Virus record (IMG/VR): IMGVR_UViG_3300037882_000418
Coordinates: 1-54,438 of that record
Source of the DNA: a virus
Lineage: Duplodnaviria > Caudoviricetes
Reading direction: 5' to 3' (one strand)
DNA length: 54,438 nt
The notes beneath the pieces are model-generated. The model ran no database searches. It was given only the letters and a program-made list of their open reading frames with translations, and was not told the DNA's origin. Shown in pieces: positions 1 through 12,900 of the stretch (positions are counted from its first letter, which is position 1; each line of letters begins with the position of its first letter). The translations under genes and the position numbers were made by a program.

Positions 1-3000
1 AGGATCAGTTTTAGATTTAACTACTTCATCTTTTGGTTTGAAAGCATCATCTCCTTCTATAGTTTCTTCTGACTCGTTATCTAAAGAAAACTCAGAGGAA
101 TAATTTTCATCTACTCCAATAGATTCTGCTCTATATTTAGAGTCAGTAAACCCGAATAATAAATCATAAAATACGGGTTTTCCTGTTGCATCTAATTTAT
201 ACCCTTTATTAACACTAAAATCTTTTTTATCTTTTAATTCTTCTGGAGTATTATTCTTAATAACTTTTATTACTGAATCTTCAGTTTCTCCTTCTTGTTT
301 TTGTTCCTTAACTGTTTTTACTTCAGGTACTTTATCTATATATGATAAAGCTGCTTTCATATAGAATGTAACTAATAGTCTAGTAACATAATTCTTATCT
401 AAATTATTAAAATTAGCAATTAATTCTGACAATGCATCTACATAATCCTTTTCAATATCCTTATATAAATCGTAAGGTATATACACAGAATAGTTTGTTA
501 CTCCATAACTTAAGCCAGAAGTAATTAAGTTGTACAATACAAAGTTCCTTTGCAAATCAGAGAATTCACTATCTAAGTTGGTAGGAGACATATTAGAGAA
601 GTTATATTGCCACTTACCATCTTCATCTTTATAGAATCTTTTTAAGTTCATAAATCCTTCTACTATTTCTAATACATCTGACTCATTAAATGATAATGTA
701 TTTACCATAGTTACTTTGGAAGATTTATATTGTTTATTATAATCTACAGTAATGTACTGTAAAAATTTGTTATCTAGTTCCCCAGTTGCATCATCTTTTA
801 TAAGTCTAAAGTAAAATTCTCTTAAAGATTTAACATCTTCAGTGAATGTTCTAGTCCAAACTCTAGTAGATTTAATATTCATGCCTTTAAACGCTATATT
901 AGATAGCAAGAATCTAGCAAACTCTCTACGCATATTAACCTTATGTTTAGACTCACTAAAGTCAGATTTAAATCCTACTTTAGTAGTTACTATTGAGTTA
1001 ATATTTGGATTGTGTATTAGTATTTCATTTCTTATACCTTGTATAGCTTCTTTAACTGTTCTTAGTGCAGTATATACGTGTGGATGATTTATTAAAATAT
1101 GAGATATATCCATGATATGTCCTACACCTGATTTTTTTACTTCAGGAATCATATCAAGTTTCTCATTTAGATCGTTCATTAGGGTATGATTATTCTCTGC
1201 AAAATTAACTTCAGGAAAGACATAATTAATTTTAGAATCTAAAGTTTCTAACCTATCCATGTCTGTAGGAATATCTCGTAATGGAGTTAGCAAGTCAGAA
1301 ATTAACTTAACAAAATTACCAAAGTTATTCCATGTCTGTATATTCTTTAATAACGAAGCTTGAATAGTTTGTTTCCTAGCTATTTGTTCTGGAGTAAGAA
1401 TAGATTCTTTTTCTAATGTTAATAACTCATCTAATATTTCAAAAGATAAAGTTATAGGTGTATATTCAGATAAACTGATACCTAATTCTTTAGCTATTGT
1501 AGATGCCCCTGTTTTAACATTTTTAAATTCATCAGAAGCTAATCTTCTCCATATAGAGCTGCCAGACATTAAAGCAAAATCTCCTACTGGAAGACCTAAA
1601 GCAAATATAGAGGCAACTATGTTGGCATTCTTAGAGTTAATTCTAAATTTATTTAATGCTTGATCTTTTACGTTATCTATCGCTAAGTTAACTAAGGAAT
1701 CTAATATTTGCCAAGTAAGTGTATTACCACGTAATGTATTATCTCTAATTTGATCTAATTTGTATTCTACCCCCTCTATATTCCAGTTAGTTATATATTT
1801 ATCTTGTATTCTAGATTTTAAACCGGCTATAGATTTAGCTAAGATTGCAAACACTTTAGTATTATTAGCAAACACACCAGTAAGCTGCATACCTTCTGAG
1901 ACAGATTCATGTGATTTTAAAGAATCTTCAGCTTTAGTTAAATCCATAGGAACATCAAAAGGAGATTTAGCATCTGGATCATAAGCTATTAATCCTCGTT
2001 CTCCTAGTAATAACAAACCTGATTTTTCTCCTGCTACATCTCCAGAATCTTTAACAAAAAGCTCTTTAGATATAGGAGCAGCCATCCTATCTGCATTCTT
2101 AGGGTCAGTAGTTACATTAATAAAAGAATCTATAATAGAGTTAGAAGCTAATTTTATCTGAAGTTCTCTTAACTTTCTTTCAGTAGCAATATCTGGATTA
2201 GCATCTAATGCTGCTTTGATATTTTCATTCCAAGTATCAAAATCATTTTCATATCCTACGATTTTATTGTCAATGTATACTTTCTTTTTTCCTATAATTT
2301 CGTCTTTACCAAATACCTTATTACCTATAATAGTTTCTTTATTCAATACTTCTGGAGCCAACATAAACAAGGAGTCTACGTCAAAATCAGAACCATGAAT
2401 AGGAGATATTTCTTTAGGTGCTATAATTACGTTTGTATTTTGTGTATCGTAAAAATCTACTACTTTAACAGTCAATGCAGAGTGAATCTCTGTTGAAGGA
2501 ATACGGAATGCTATTAAAAATACTTCTCCACCATTCCTAACTATAACTCTTTGTTCTGGAGTTAATAGCCCCATAGGAACTATAGCTTCAGCTATTGCTC
2601 TACCTTTATCGTCTCTAAAATACCTTAAATATTCTGTTCTAGGGTGTTTATTAATTATATCTTTTATATCTCCTGCTTTAGATATACCTTCAGTGGTTTG
2701 TAGAATAAGCTTACCACCACGCATCCTAATATCTATAATGTTTTTTCTCATTAAAGAAGCTATTTGAATTATAGCTTTAGGCTCTATTGCTGGATTATTT
2801 AAAGAAGAACCTTGAGATAGTAAATGCTGTATTCTTTCTGCACCTACTCCACCAAATGAACTTAATAAAAGTTGTTTTAAACTCCCTTTACCCTTAAAGA
2901 TAATTTTCTTTATCTGATTTATTTGAGATATTCTATTATAAATATTTAAAGAATCTTCAACATTATCTTGTAATAAAGACATCAGATACTCTAACTGTGT

Positions 3001-6000
3001 AGGTTGTGCTACTGATTTAAGAGGCTCTGAAGTAGGATTAAACTGAAATCCAAAATTATTATTATCTAATTTTAGTATATGAGATTTAGGCACTAAGGTA
3101 TCCTTAGGAAAATTCCAATCTATAGCTTCTCCTAAATTCATAGTGTTAGCTGGAGTACCTAATTTAATTGCTGAAGAGAATACTAATTCTCCAACAGAAT
3201 TGGCTTCCATAGCATCACGTATAGCTACTAATTCTGGATATTTACCTGCTGGATTTAAAGTGGTAATACCTAATAAAGAATCAGTTAATACTATAGAAGA
3301 ATATTTTAAATAAACTGGTTTAGCAATAGGTAAATATAATTGGAATTCTTCTTTATCATTTTTAGATAAAGGATTAAATGTAAAACTACCATTAACATCT
3401 GCTCTTAGATAAGACATATCTGCAAGAGCTTTTCTTGCTTCTGCTTCTGTCTGATAAGATGAGTGTGGTTCAAAAACTGTGTGAATACCAAAGTGCATAG
3501 GCTTCATCACGTTACCTAAATGGAATTCAAAACTGAATCCTCTAGATAAATCATTCCATCTATTAGGATGCATAAATCCTGCACCATCAGTTACTTTGTA
3601 ACCACTTGTTTCAAATAAATCTATTATTTTATCTATTCTTTCTTTTATCTGGTCTGCACTTAAATTCATATTAGAGTAAAATCCCTCTAGGAAAGTCCTA
3701 ATAGAAGGTTGACTAGCAGATTCAGAATTTAATGAAACTTCAGTATCATTAACAATCCATGCATTATAAGTTTCAGAAGAACCATTTTTACCAACTCTAG
3801 GTTTTATCTGCGGACCATTAGCACCAGATTGTCTTTTAACAATGTCTACAACTCCTTTTTTATAGTATTCAGGATTACCTGATAATAGCTCATTTAAGAA
3901 GTAACCATTAATCATATTATTAGCATACCATACACTAAATAATTGTTGAGTATCTTCTACACCAAAGCTTTTAACTAATGCGTCTGTATTTTCAGGAAAC
4001 TTGATACCAAGTTTCTCTAATGTAGGAAATACAGTTTTAGAATGAGCAATTATAGCATCATATACTTCTTCAGCGGCCTTTTGCCTTAATACAATATCTG
4101 AACCATCTGTGTTTAAATATGATTGAACTAAATTAGATTGTTTATAGAAATCAGCATTTAAAAACCTCAACTTAACCCCTTCTATATTTTTCATATAGTG
4201 GAATTTATCAATCATAGTTTGTATAGCCTCTAAAGAAGTAGTCTTATTAAGAACATTAACTTTTACAGTGCCTATTCTTGCACCATCAGAAGGTTGGTAA
4301 GTAAATTGATAGTAAGTAGCTTTTTCTGGATCAGATTCTAAGTTAGATAAAAATCCATATAAGAAGTTTCTAGACCACCAAAACTTAGATGTCTCTCTAT
4401 TAAAATTCCATGACTTATTAGTAAATAAGTTCTTAATAGAGTCATGTATTTCTATTTTAGATTTTATTTTATTTATACCGTTTACAAATATATTATTTTG
4501 ATAAACTGGTGTATATATAAAATCAGGCATTAAGTGAGACTTAATAGAAGACAAATCTGTACCTCCTCCACCAAGAAACTTAGTAGAGTTATTTTGAGGA
4601 TGGAATGCTTTTCTAGTATAATATAAATTCTTAATTAGTCGTATTGCAAAAGAAGATACTGTATGTTTAAATATTCTATTATTTTCAGAATCTATAACTG
4701 ATGTTGGGCGTTGTTGTTTATTATCCTTAGATAATATATTAGATATTTTCTTAAACCTAGTTGTATGCCCTTCTATAGCCCACTCTAAAATAATAGCTTC
4801 TTTCTCTTCAAAACTTAATTCTTTCTTTAGTTTAGGGGTTAATTCCCCAATATGGTTTTTTATCTGACTTAAAGTTCCTACAAATTCTAATATTTCAGTA
4901 TCTTTTAATCTTAATATAGATGCTATATGTGGTAATCCTAAAGTATCCTTAATAAAGTTTCTAACAGAAATCAAGTCAGAATTAGGTATAACAGAACTAG
5001 GTGTAAGTTTACCTTTGATTATAGCGTCTGCAAAGCCTCTTTGTAACTGGTTTCTAATATCTTGAGAAGTAGTAGTTTCAGACGGGTTTATGTACTTTAC
5101 TATATATTTATAACCTTTTCTTCCATCTTCAGTATAAGATTTGTACTCTACAGTAGCTTGTAAATAATCTCTTTCATCTAAGGAACCTAAGTGATTATGT
5201 AGTGCGTTTAAAACATTTATAGCTATAGTGTGTTGGTATATATCATTGAAATCTTCTATAGTAAACTCAGGTCTTTGTTCTTTAATAAAATTAAATAATT
5301 GTTGCATAGTATCTGTACTATCTTTAGCCTCAACTACTTTTCTAGACCAGTTAGCATTTTTAGTAGAGTAAAGTACAGCAGTTGGTCTACCACTTAAATC
5401 TCCTGTATCAAAAGTAGATACATATGCACCATAGTAAATTTTATTAGATGTAGGATCTTGATATACCCTTATAGCTACGTCATTAAATTTAGTTCTAGTA
5501 CGTAATGCAGATTCCATTACTTTGCGTAAGTTAGTTAATAGAGCCTCACCCCATAAGTTTAAGTTTTCTTTTTGGTGTATAGTGTCTATAATGTCGTGCA
5601 TAGACTCTAATGACAGGTTAGATAAATCTATGTACTTAGCAAACCAATCAAGCATAGTCCTAAAAGCACAAGAAGAATTGACGTATCCTCTTAAGTCATA
5701 AGGATCACTAGAATCAGTAACTTTAATAAATGCTAAGAAGTCTTTAACAGAAGTAGAAATTTTCATTTCTTGATCTTCCATCTCATCTACAACTGTTTCA
5801 TTTCTTAAGGAATCAGAATCTTGAACTATTTGTAACTTCTCTTCCATAGTGATAAACTCACTATCATACGCTTTACCTATTTTATTGACGTAATCCATAT
5901 CTAAAGACCAGTTAGGGTAAATAGATTTAATTAACTTAATAATTATAGGACTAGTACCTTCTCTTCTATGAGAAATTAAAGAAGTCAAACCATTTACAAT

Positions 6001-6945
6001 AGCTTTATAATTTTCAATCTGTACCCTTACTTGATCTAAATTACTTTGAAGTTCTTTAACTAAATTAACATTAGCTACTAAATTTAAGCTAGCTAATCGT
6101 ATATCAATTATTAATTGATCTTGTTTAGCTTCTTCTTTAGATAATCTATCATTTATGATTTCTAGTTCAGAATCTATTTCAGTTCTAATTTGCATTAGAA
6201 TCTCTTCTCTAGACTTAACCAGTTTACCCGGTACTATTTTACTATGCTCATGAAACCTAGACATAATCCAAGCCTTAGCGTTAGAGTATGCACTAGAAGA
6301 ACCAAAGTTTTCTAATATAAAAGAATAATTTGCAGTATAGTTAGTGTCTATTCCTTTTACTTTTTTAGAGAAATAACCAGACCTGATTAGTTTTTCAAGT
6401 CCCTTAATATCTTTCTTGTTAAGTACAAAGAAATTAAATAAAGCTTTTGCTTGCTGTATAAAAGAAATATTAGAACTTACATCTTCGTATATATGAGCAA
6501 ATGCGTGTTCTTGTTGTTTATCTGTTAAGTCGTAGAAACTATTTCCATACTCTTTTTTAAGAGCTTCGTTAAATCTCTCTTTCCATCTAAAAGACATACC
6601 ATACTTATAAAGTAAGTGCATTACTTCGTGAGATAATATCTTTTTAGATAACTTACTGTTGCTATCTAAACTTAACTCAATTGCACCGTCTACTATTCTT
6701 CCTAATAAAGAAGTATTATTAGTAAGCTGTGCATTAATAAGTTTAGGTATAAATTTTAACCAAGAACCTACACCTTCTATTTTAGCATTAGGTAGCCAAG
6801 CTCTAGTTATATTTTTAGCTTCTTCTATAGTAATTAAATCTTGAGGTTTATCTAACGTAAAAGCAGCATCGCTCTCTAGATTTAACTTTTTATTTAATTC
6901 TTCTAAGGTAATTTGTTTACCCTCAACATTCCATGTACATTCCAT
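1..6945 (-). CDS. Giant virion-associated single-chain two-barrel RNA polymerase (crAss-like vRNAP) with N-terminal zincin-like motif; 3' end lies outside the window
   Basis: ATG at 6945 overlaps the upstream TAA (TAATG). It is absent from the ORF track, consistent with no in-frame stop before the window edge. In-frame motifs: HGSDFDVDSLF (catalytic DxDxD at 2374-2388), FRIPSTEIHS, VTDGAGFMHP, DIVKRQSG, AIDNVKD; HEVMH at 6616-6630. Confidence 0.93.
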   Translation of the reverse strand, partial: MECTWNVEGKQITLEELNKKLNLESDAAFTLDKPQDLITIEEAKNITRAWLPNAKIEGVGSWLKFIPKLINAQLTNNTSLLGRIVDGAIELSLDSNSKLSKKILSHEVMHLLYKYGMSFRWKERFNEALKKEYGNSFYDLTDKQQEHAFAHIYEDVSSNISFIQQAKALFNFFVLNKKDIKGLEKLIRSGYFSKKVKGIDTNYTANYSFILENFGSSSAYSNAKAWIMSRFHEHSKIVPGKLVKSREEILMQIRTEIDSELEIINDRLSKEEAKQDQLIIDIRLASLNLVANVNLVKELQSNLDQVRVQIENYKAIVNGLTSLISHRREGTSPIIIKLIKSIYPNWSLDMDYVNKIGKAYDSEFITMEEKLQIVQDSDSLRNETVVDEMEDQEMKISTSVKDFLAFIKVTDSSDPYDLRGYVNSSCAFRTMLDWFAKYIDLSNLSLESMHDIIDTIHQKENLNLWGEALLTNLRKVMESALRTRTKFNDVAIRVYQDPTSNKIYYGAYVSTFDTGDLSGRPTAVLYSTKNANWSRKVVEAKDSTDTMQQLFNFIKEQRPEFTIEDFNDIYQHTIAINVLNALHNHLGSLDERDYLQATVEYKSYTEDGRKGYKYIVKYINPSETTTSQDIRNQLQRGFADAIIKGKLTPSSVIPNSDLISVRNFIKDTLGLPHIASILRLKDTEILEFVGTLSQIKNHIGELTPKLKKELSFEEKEAIILEWAIEGHTTRFKKISNILSKDNKQQRPTSVIDSENNRIFKHTVSSFAIRLIKNLYYTRKAFHPQNNSTKFLGGGGTDLSSIKSHLMPDFIYTPVYQNNIFVNGINKIKSKIEIHDSIKNLFTNKSWNFNRETSKFWWSRNFLYGFLSNLESDPEKATYYQFTYQPSDGARIGTVKVNVLNKTTSLEAIQTMIDKFHYMKNIEGVKLRFLNADFYKQSNLVQSYLNTDGSDIVLRQKAAEEVYDAIIAHSKTVFPTLEKLGIKFPENTDALVKSFGVEDTQQLFSVWYANNMINGYFLNELLSGNPEYYKKGVVDIVKRQSGANGPQIKPRVGKNGSSETYNAWIVNDTEVSLNSESASQPSIRTFLEGFYSNMNLSADQIKERIDKIIDLFETSGYKVTDGAGFMHPNRWNDLSRGFSFEFHLGNVMKPMHFGIHTVFEPHSSYQTEAEARKALADMSYLRADVNGSFTFNPLSKNDKEEFQLYLPIAKPVYLKYSSIVLTDSLLGITTLNPAGKYPELVAIRDAMEANSVGELVFSSAIKLGTPANTMNLGEAIDWNFPKDTLVPKSHILKLDNNNFGFQFNPTSEPLKSVAQPTQLEYLMSLLQDNVEDSLNIYNRISQINQIKKIIFKGKGSLKQLLLSSFGGVGAERIQHLLSQGSSLNNPAIEPKAIIQIASLMRKNIIDIRMRGGKLILQTTEGISKAGDIKDIINKHPRTEYLRYFRDDKGRAIAEAIVPMGLLTPEQRVIVRNGGEVFLIAFRIPSTEIHSALTVKVVDFYDTQNTNVIIAPKEISPIHGSDFDVDSLFMLAPEVLNKETIIGNKVFGKDEIIGKKKVYIDNKIVGYENDFDTWNENIKAALDANPDIATERKLRELQIKLASNSIIDSFINVTTDPKNADRMAAPISKELFVKDSGDVAGEKSGLLLLGERGLIAYDPDAKSPFDVPMDLTKAEDSLKSHESVSEGMQLTGVFANNTKVFAILAKSIAGLKSRIQDKYITNWNIEGVEYKLDQIRDNTLRGNTLTWQILDSLVNLAIDNVKDQALNKFRINSKNANIVASIFALGLPVGDFALMSGSSIWRRLASDEFKNVKTGASTIAKELGISLSEYTPITLSFEILDELLTLEKESILTPEQIARKQTIQASLLKNIQTWNNFGNFVKLISDLLTPLRDIPTDMDRLETLDSKINYVFPEVNFAENNHTLMNDLNEKLDMIPEVKKSGVGHIMDISHILINHPHVYTALRTVKEAIQGIRNEILIHNPNINSIVTTKVGFKSDFSESKHKVNMRREFARFLLSNIAFKGMNIKSTRVWTRTFTEDVKSLREFYFRLIKDDATGELDNKFLQYITVDYNKQYKSSKVTMVNTLSFNESDVLEIVEGFMNLKRFYKDEDGKWQYNFSNMSPTNLDSEFSDLQRNFVLYNLITSGLSYGVTNYSVYIPYDLYKDIEKDYVDALSELIANFNNLDKNYVTRLLVTFYMKAALSYIDKVPEVKTVKEQKQEGETEDSVIKVIKNNTPEELKDKKDFSVNKGYKLDATGKPVFYDLLFGFTDSKYRAESIGVDENYSSEFSLDNESEETIEGDDAFKPKDEVVKSKTDP

Positions 6946-9900
6946 TATTTGCAGGATTTTTTATAAAATTCTTGTTTTACTAAATCGTCAGTTAACCCAA
7001 AAGATTTACCTCCAATCATAGCTTTTAATTCCTCTTCTAGTGTTTCTTTTTCAAAATCACTTCCTTCGTCATATTGTATTTTAAGACTATTAGCCATGTC
7101 ACTGTCTATAGATAACTTAGTTAACATCTCATCTAATGGGTGACTTTTAATTTCATTAGTTGTTTCAAATGTTTTTAAAGAATACTGAATGTATTTTTCT
7201 AAGGATGCATAAGTAGCATCATATATAGTTATAGTATCTTCTTGTATTCCAAATAGTTTTAATACTGCGTCCGCTATTTTTTTAAATATATATTTTACAG
7301 AAGGTAGCAAATTTTGCTTACTAGCTAATTTAATAAAGTTAGCATCAACTACGTTTGCAACAAACTCTCTTATATCTAATTCTGAAGGAGTATCTGATAC
7401 TATCTTCATTAGTGCAGTATTAGATTTAGCTTGCTCAAATATAAATTCTAATTCTTCTACAAATTCTTTTTCTTCTGTTGTTAAAGTTTCTCCGTCTTCT
7501 TCTTTATATAAAACATCTAGAGTAATAACATGAATAAACTCATGTAATAAAACTTCTGGGTTAGCTATTATAGCAGGTATATCCCAAGTAAGTATTTTAC
7601 CTTCTTTATTTATAGCGTCATAAGTAATTCCTCCACCATTATAGAATTTCATTTGTTTCCAAGCAGGAATTTCATAAATCTTTGTATCATCCCAAGCTGG
7701 ATGCTTTTTAAACAATTCTACTAAAGCTTGTGTATGTGGAGGTCAATTAATATCTAAATCAGATAACTTAACAGACTTTCCTCTATTGTTTGGATCTAAT
7801 CCTAAGTTAAGCTTTTCCTGATCAGTCATTTGAGGTGGAGCGACTGGGATAGGGTTAGAAGTCTGTTTTACTTCAGTTTCTTTAGGAATCTGTATAGATA
7901 ACTTAGATGCAGTTACTCCAGTAAACTGAGTCTCAAATAACTTCTCAGCTAGATTTCTATCAGCTTCAGTATGCAATTTTCCAAAGTTTCGTACAGAAGA
8001 ATTACTAAATTTACTGTCTATCTTTTTAGCATTACGAACAATAGGTATTCTAAAGTTGTATTGACCATTATTATTTTCTAATAATTGTTCTATATCTTTT
8101 TCAGTCATTCCATTTGTAGAAGCTCTATTCATTAAGTTTAATGCTTCAATTTCTAAATTTGCTTTCCATTCTTGAGCTGCTTCTAAACTACCAAATACAC
8201 TTAATAAACTAGGATTATTAGCTGCTACTGAATTAACTATAGCGTCAACTACTAAGACTAATGCTAAAGGAGTTTCTCTTTTAGTTTCTGAATTTTGAGT
8301 TGCAAAAGATAGAGTACCATCCGTCTTAAATATAAAATCTATATTAGATTCGTCATATGTAGTACCATCTAATAGTTCATCGGATTCCCAAGAAGACATA
8401 CTACCTTTAAGTGCATTTAAAGCCTCATTTGTTTTTTCATCTCCTAAAGCTCTAAATAATACATCTTGTAAGCTTTTCTCTAATAAAGTTTTAATATCTT
8501 TCTTTGTTTGAAAATCTACTAAACCTGTAGCAAACAAAGATTTTGCAGCTCTATAACTAAACTTCTTACCGCTCTCTACCTTATTCCTCTCAATAGTCAT
8601 TGATAATTGAGCATTTGCAGAAGCTATTAAATCAAAATCCTTTTGAATTGGCCCAGCACTTCTAGTAACTCTAGCAGCCTGCGCTAATGTACCTTGCCCT
8701 GCTGCATCTTTTTCGTAGTATAATACTTTAGAATTATCTTCTAATTGTAATTCTTTTTGAATATCTTCTATAGTAGCATTAGGATTTTTAGTTAAGTATA
8801 AGTTCATTTGTTTCTCTTTCAGTTTTACTGAAGGAACAAATTGCCCTACTGCTGCTGCATCTTTACTTAACAACTGTTTATATTCTGCAAATGTAATATA
8901 TTTATTACTAACAGAAGAACCATACACTAATGGAACTATTATATCTAGATTATCTTCTAATTTTTGTAAATCTACATTAGTAAAATTAAGCTCGCTAAAA
9001 GTATTGAAATCAAATTTATTAGCTTTGTTTACAGAGTATTCAAACTCATTTTTATCGTTTTTAGTTATTTTTATTTCATATGCTTTTTTAGCATAAGCGT
9101 CTAATAGTCTATCAAATTGCCCTTCTTTTACTACTCCATTAATTATCTTCCTATCATTTAATTTAAATTCTGGAAATATAGATTTTACTTGTGTAAAAGC
9201 TTTATAAAATTCAGTAATCCTATTTACAGCAGTATCTATATAATCAATTCCTAAGTTAGAATTATATTGTTTAGGATCTAGTCTAATAAATATAGGTTGA
9301 TGCCCTTTAGATGCTGATCTTTTTGCTTCCCAAGATATATTATCTATACGTAGATAAGGAACGCCTACTTGTAACTTAAAGTTTTTTAGTCCTATATCTT
9401 TAACTTGTTTAGCATCATAAATTACTACAGATATATCTGGGTCTTGATTATTAGTTGCTTTAGACCAATTAATTGGGCCGTTAAGATATGTAGAGAATAT
9501 ATGACTAGAAGGAATTAAGTTTAGTAAACCTTTAGCCCCTGTAAAGAATTCTGTAAAGAACTTAGGAATTATCGTATTTAAAGACAACGGATTTTTAGTG
9601 CCGTCAGGCATATGTATTTTAAGCTTAGAATTTACTGTTCCTGCTTTAAAACTGGCCATAGCTATACTATCTAAATTTTTAGCTTCAAAACCTCTTCTAG
9701 CTGCTGGAGTAAACCCATCTATATTATATACTGGCTTAGATAATAAGTCGTTCTTTAAAATATGTTTACCTAGTGGAGTGGAATCTTCAAATTCTTCTTT
9801 ACCTAATACAGCCACAGGATATACTAAATTATTAGAGTTATAATTTTTATCTTTTGCTACAAGTAATCTTAAGTCACTCGTTGTTGATCTTAATATATAG

Positions 9901-12900
9901 TATGTAGAGTAATCTATATTACTATTCTCTGGGCTAGATAACAAGTCATTATCTGGATACATTATAAAATGTTCTTCCCCATCTACAGTTAGTGGTGGAA
10001 TAAACATAGGTTCAGTAGGTATTGGTTCTTCAGTATCTTCAATTACTTCTGATTCTTCTTCTGCACTTTCTTCTTCAATTACAGGGTTTTGAGCTACAAC
10101 AGTAGTTTGTGGAGTGGCTACAACTACGGGAGTAATATTAAATAACGAAGCTAAAGAATTTAATCCTGCTACATATTCTTCTTTTATAATTTTAAAGTCT
10201 TCTGCTAATGAATTAGCATCCGCTTCTAAAGTGTCTGAATGTAAACTATCTGCATTATAACCAAAAGTAACTACACCTGCAAACTTAATTGCTCTACCTA
10301 TAGATGTATATAAAGCAGTGTTGTATTCTGGTTGAGTAAATACTGTATTATAAGCATTTCGTTGACTATTATTGATTGCTATATAGACTTCTTCTGCTTC
10401 TATACCTTGAACAGCTACATAATTTAATACCCTAACATTTGGATCTAATCCTAATTGTTGGTATCTTATTACTTCTGCATCATTAGCTACAATAAGAATT
10501 CTTTTTCTAGCCGAAGGTCTTTTTAGTATTTCTACAACATCAGTTTCACTTACTTCTTTTACTCCTAGGGCTGTACTAGGGTCATTTTTTAAATCTGTTA
10601 CAGTAGCTTTATTGGATGTAAAATCTACAGAACCTACTGGATTTAATTTGTCTTTAAATGCTAAAGCAGCATTTGTTATAGATGCTATATTAGTTCTATA
10701 AACTATGGATAGTGGAGCTGTATGATATACGTGTTTCTCTGTAGCAGCTACGTGAACTACTCCTGATCTGTTTTGAGATTCATCCCCAGCTAGTATAACT
10801 TTTATTCCTTTTTTATTTGCTTCATTTACAAGGTTAGCTACTTCATCATTAGTTACAGCTAACGACTCATCTAATACTATTAATTTCTTATTATCTAAAG
10901 AATTTAAATTACTTAATATGCTACTGATAGTATGTACTCCTTTTTTACCGAATATAACATCATTGAGTTGGTCTGTAGTCGTAGTATTATGCCCTAATAG
11001 AATAACTTCATCTTCTTTAAATAAATTTAAAGCTATACCTAATTTTACTAAATTATTAAGAACAACTTTAGTTTTTCCTGTTCCAATTATACCTTTAATA
11101 GTAGCAGCATTAGAATATAATATATTACTATTCTTTATAGTAAACCAATTAAGAATTTCATGTATTAAAGATTTTTGTTGAAAAGTAGGAGACTTTTCTG
11201 TAGTAGACATTTTAACTTCAGCTTCGGTTAAATCTTTTAGCTTTAAAGAAGAATTATTAGTAGTAATAATTTGACGTAAATTCAAATTGTACTTATGTTG
11301 CTTCATAAATTCTCTAAAAGAGTTAGCAACATTATCTCTAACTTGTAAAGGTATATCTGAAAAGTTAGATTTCTCTAAGTGTGATTCCAATTTTAGAATA
11401 TCTAAATTAGTTTGAAATTCTGCCCATGCTGTAGTAGATTTAAATTGATCTGGAAACAAATAGTAAACAATTTGAGATAATAAATAATTAGGATTAGTTA
11501 CATAGTTTTCTATTATAGATGGAAAGCTAGTTATTGCTGATGCTGTCCTAGTTGTATTTTCCCTATATAAAGTTTCTATCCTAAGAGAAAAAGCCTTATT
11601 ATCTTTTAATTGGTCTAGTATATGTAGTAACTTATAGTAAGCATAATCGTCTGTATATATTAATTCTAAATCTTTATCTTGTAGATTTAAAGTAGATAAT
11701 AATATAGATTTAATTTCAGAGTCTTCAAATAAAGACTTAATAGATACTACTTTATCTAATTCAATTCTTTCTTGAAAAGCTGCTCTAGATTGAGCTTGGT
11801 TTAATAAAGATTGAAGAATCTCTTCTAATTGTTTTACTATTGCAGTTACTTTAGATTCTAATAGAGGCTGTAAGTTTTCTAATTCGGATTTATCTTTAAT
11901 ATCTAATAAAGCAATTTTAGCCTTCTCTAATTCAGCTTTTACTGTAGGTATTTCTTCTGCTAAATCTTCTTTCAAAGCTCCAAACTCATAAGAGTTATTT
12001 ACAATAGATATACCATTAGCTAAATACTCTATAAAGAATCTATTTAATAGATACGGTAAACTAGATGTATTAGATTCTAATCTAGAAAAAGAAGATACTT
12101 GCTTAGTATATTTAGTTTTTAAAGAATTAAGATTGTTTAGTTGAGCCAACTTACCTTGTATTTCTATATATCTAGGTTCTAATTCAGGCTCCTCTATGTT
12201 ATCATCCGACTCTAAATCAATTAATTCATTTTCTAAATCATCCTTTAAAACATCAATTGAATTAAAAATATCATCTATAGAATCTATAGGAGCTAATAAC
12301 TGAGAATCGTTAATATACCTAGTTAAAAACCTCTCATACTCTTCAATATTATCTTCTGTTAAATCATCTATGTCTTCGTTTTCAGCTAAGAACAATTCTT
12401 TATTTCCTTTAGCTCAATCTACTTGATCTTTTAAAGGTATATCTAAAGACTGCTTAGAACCGAAGCTTCTAGCAGTGTTAGTATTTTGAACTTGAGAAGA
12501 CAACTTAGAACTTAATTCAACACTCTCTGTACCTTCTATAGCTTCTAGTTGTTTAACTTTTAAATCTAAAACTTTTGATCTATAGAGTAAAGCATCTTTA
12601 GCAGACTTATCTTTTTCTTTAGCTATTTCTTCGTTTAAAGCTCTTTGTTCTCTTTTTAATTGTAATAAAGGAAATATTTGCTGTTTATAAGCTTCTTTTA
12701 TCTTATTCTTATTTTCTTTTAAATCTAATAGTAAAGCTTTTTTATCTGTAATTAAAGTAGTAATGCCTTCTTTTGTTTTATCTGCCGCAGTTAGAGATAA
12801 TTTTTCTAATGCTTTTATCTGTGCTGAAGTTTTAAATAAAGTCTTCTTCATATCAATATTGAATTGACGAGAATCATCTTCGTTATCAAAATCATTTGCA

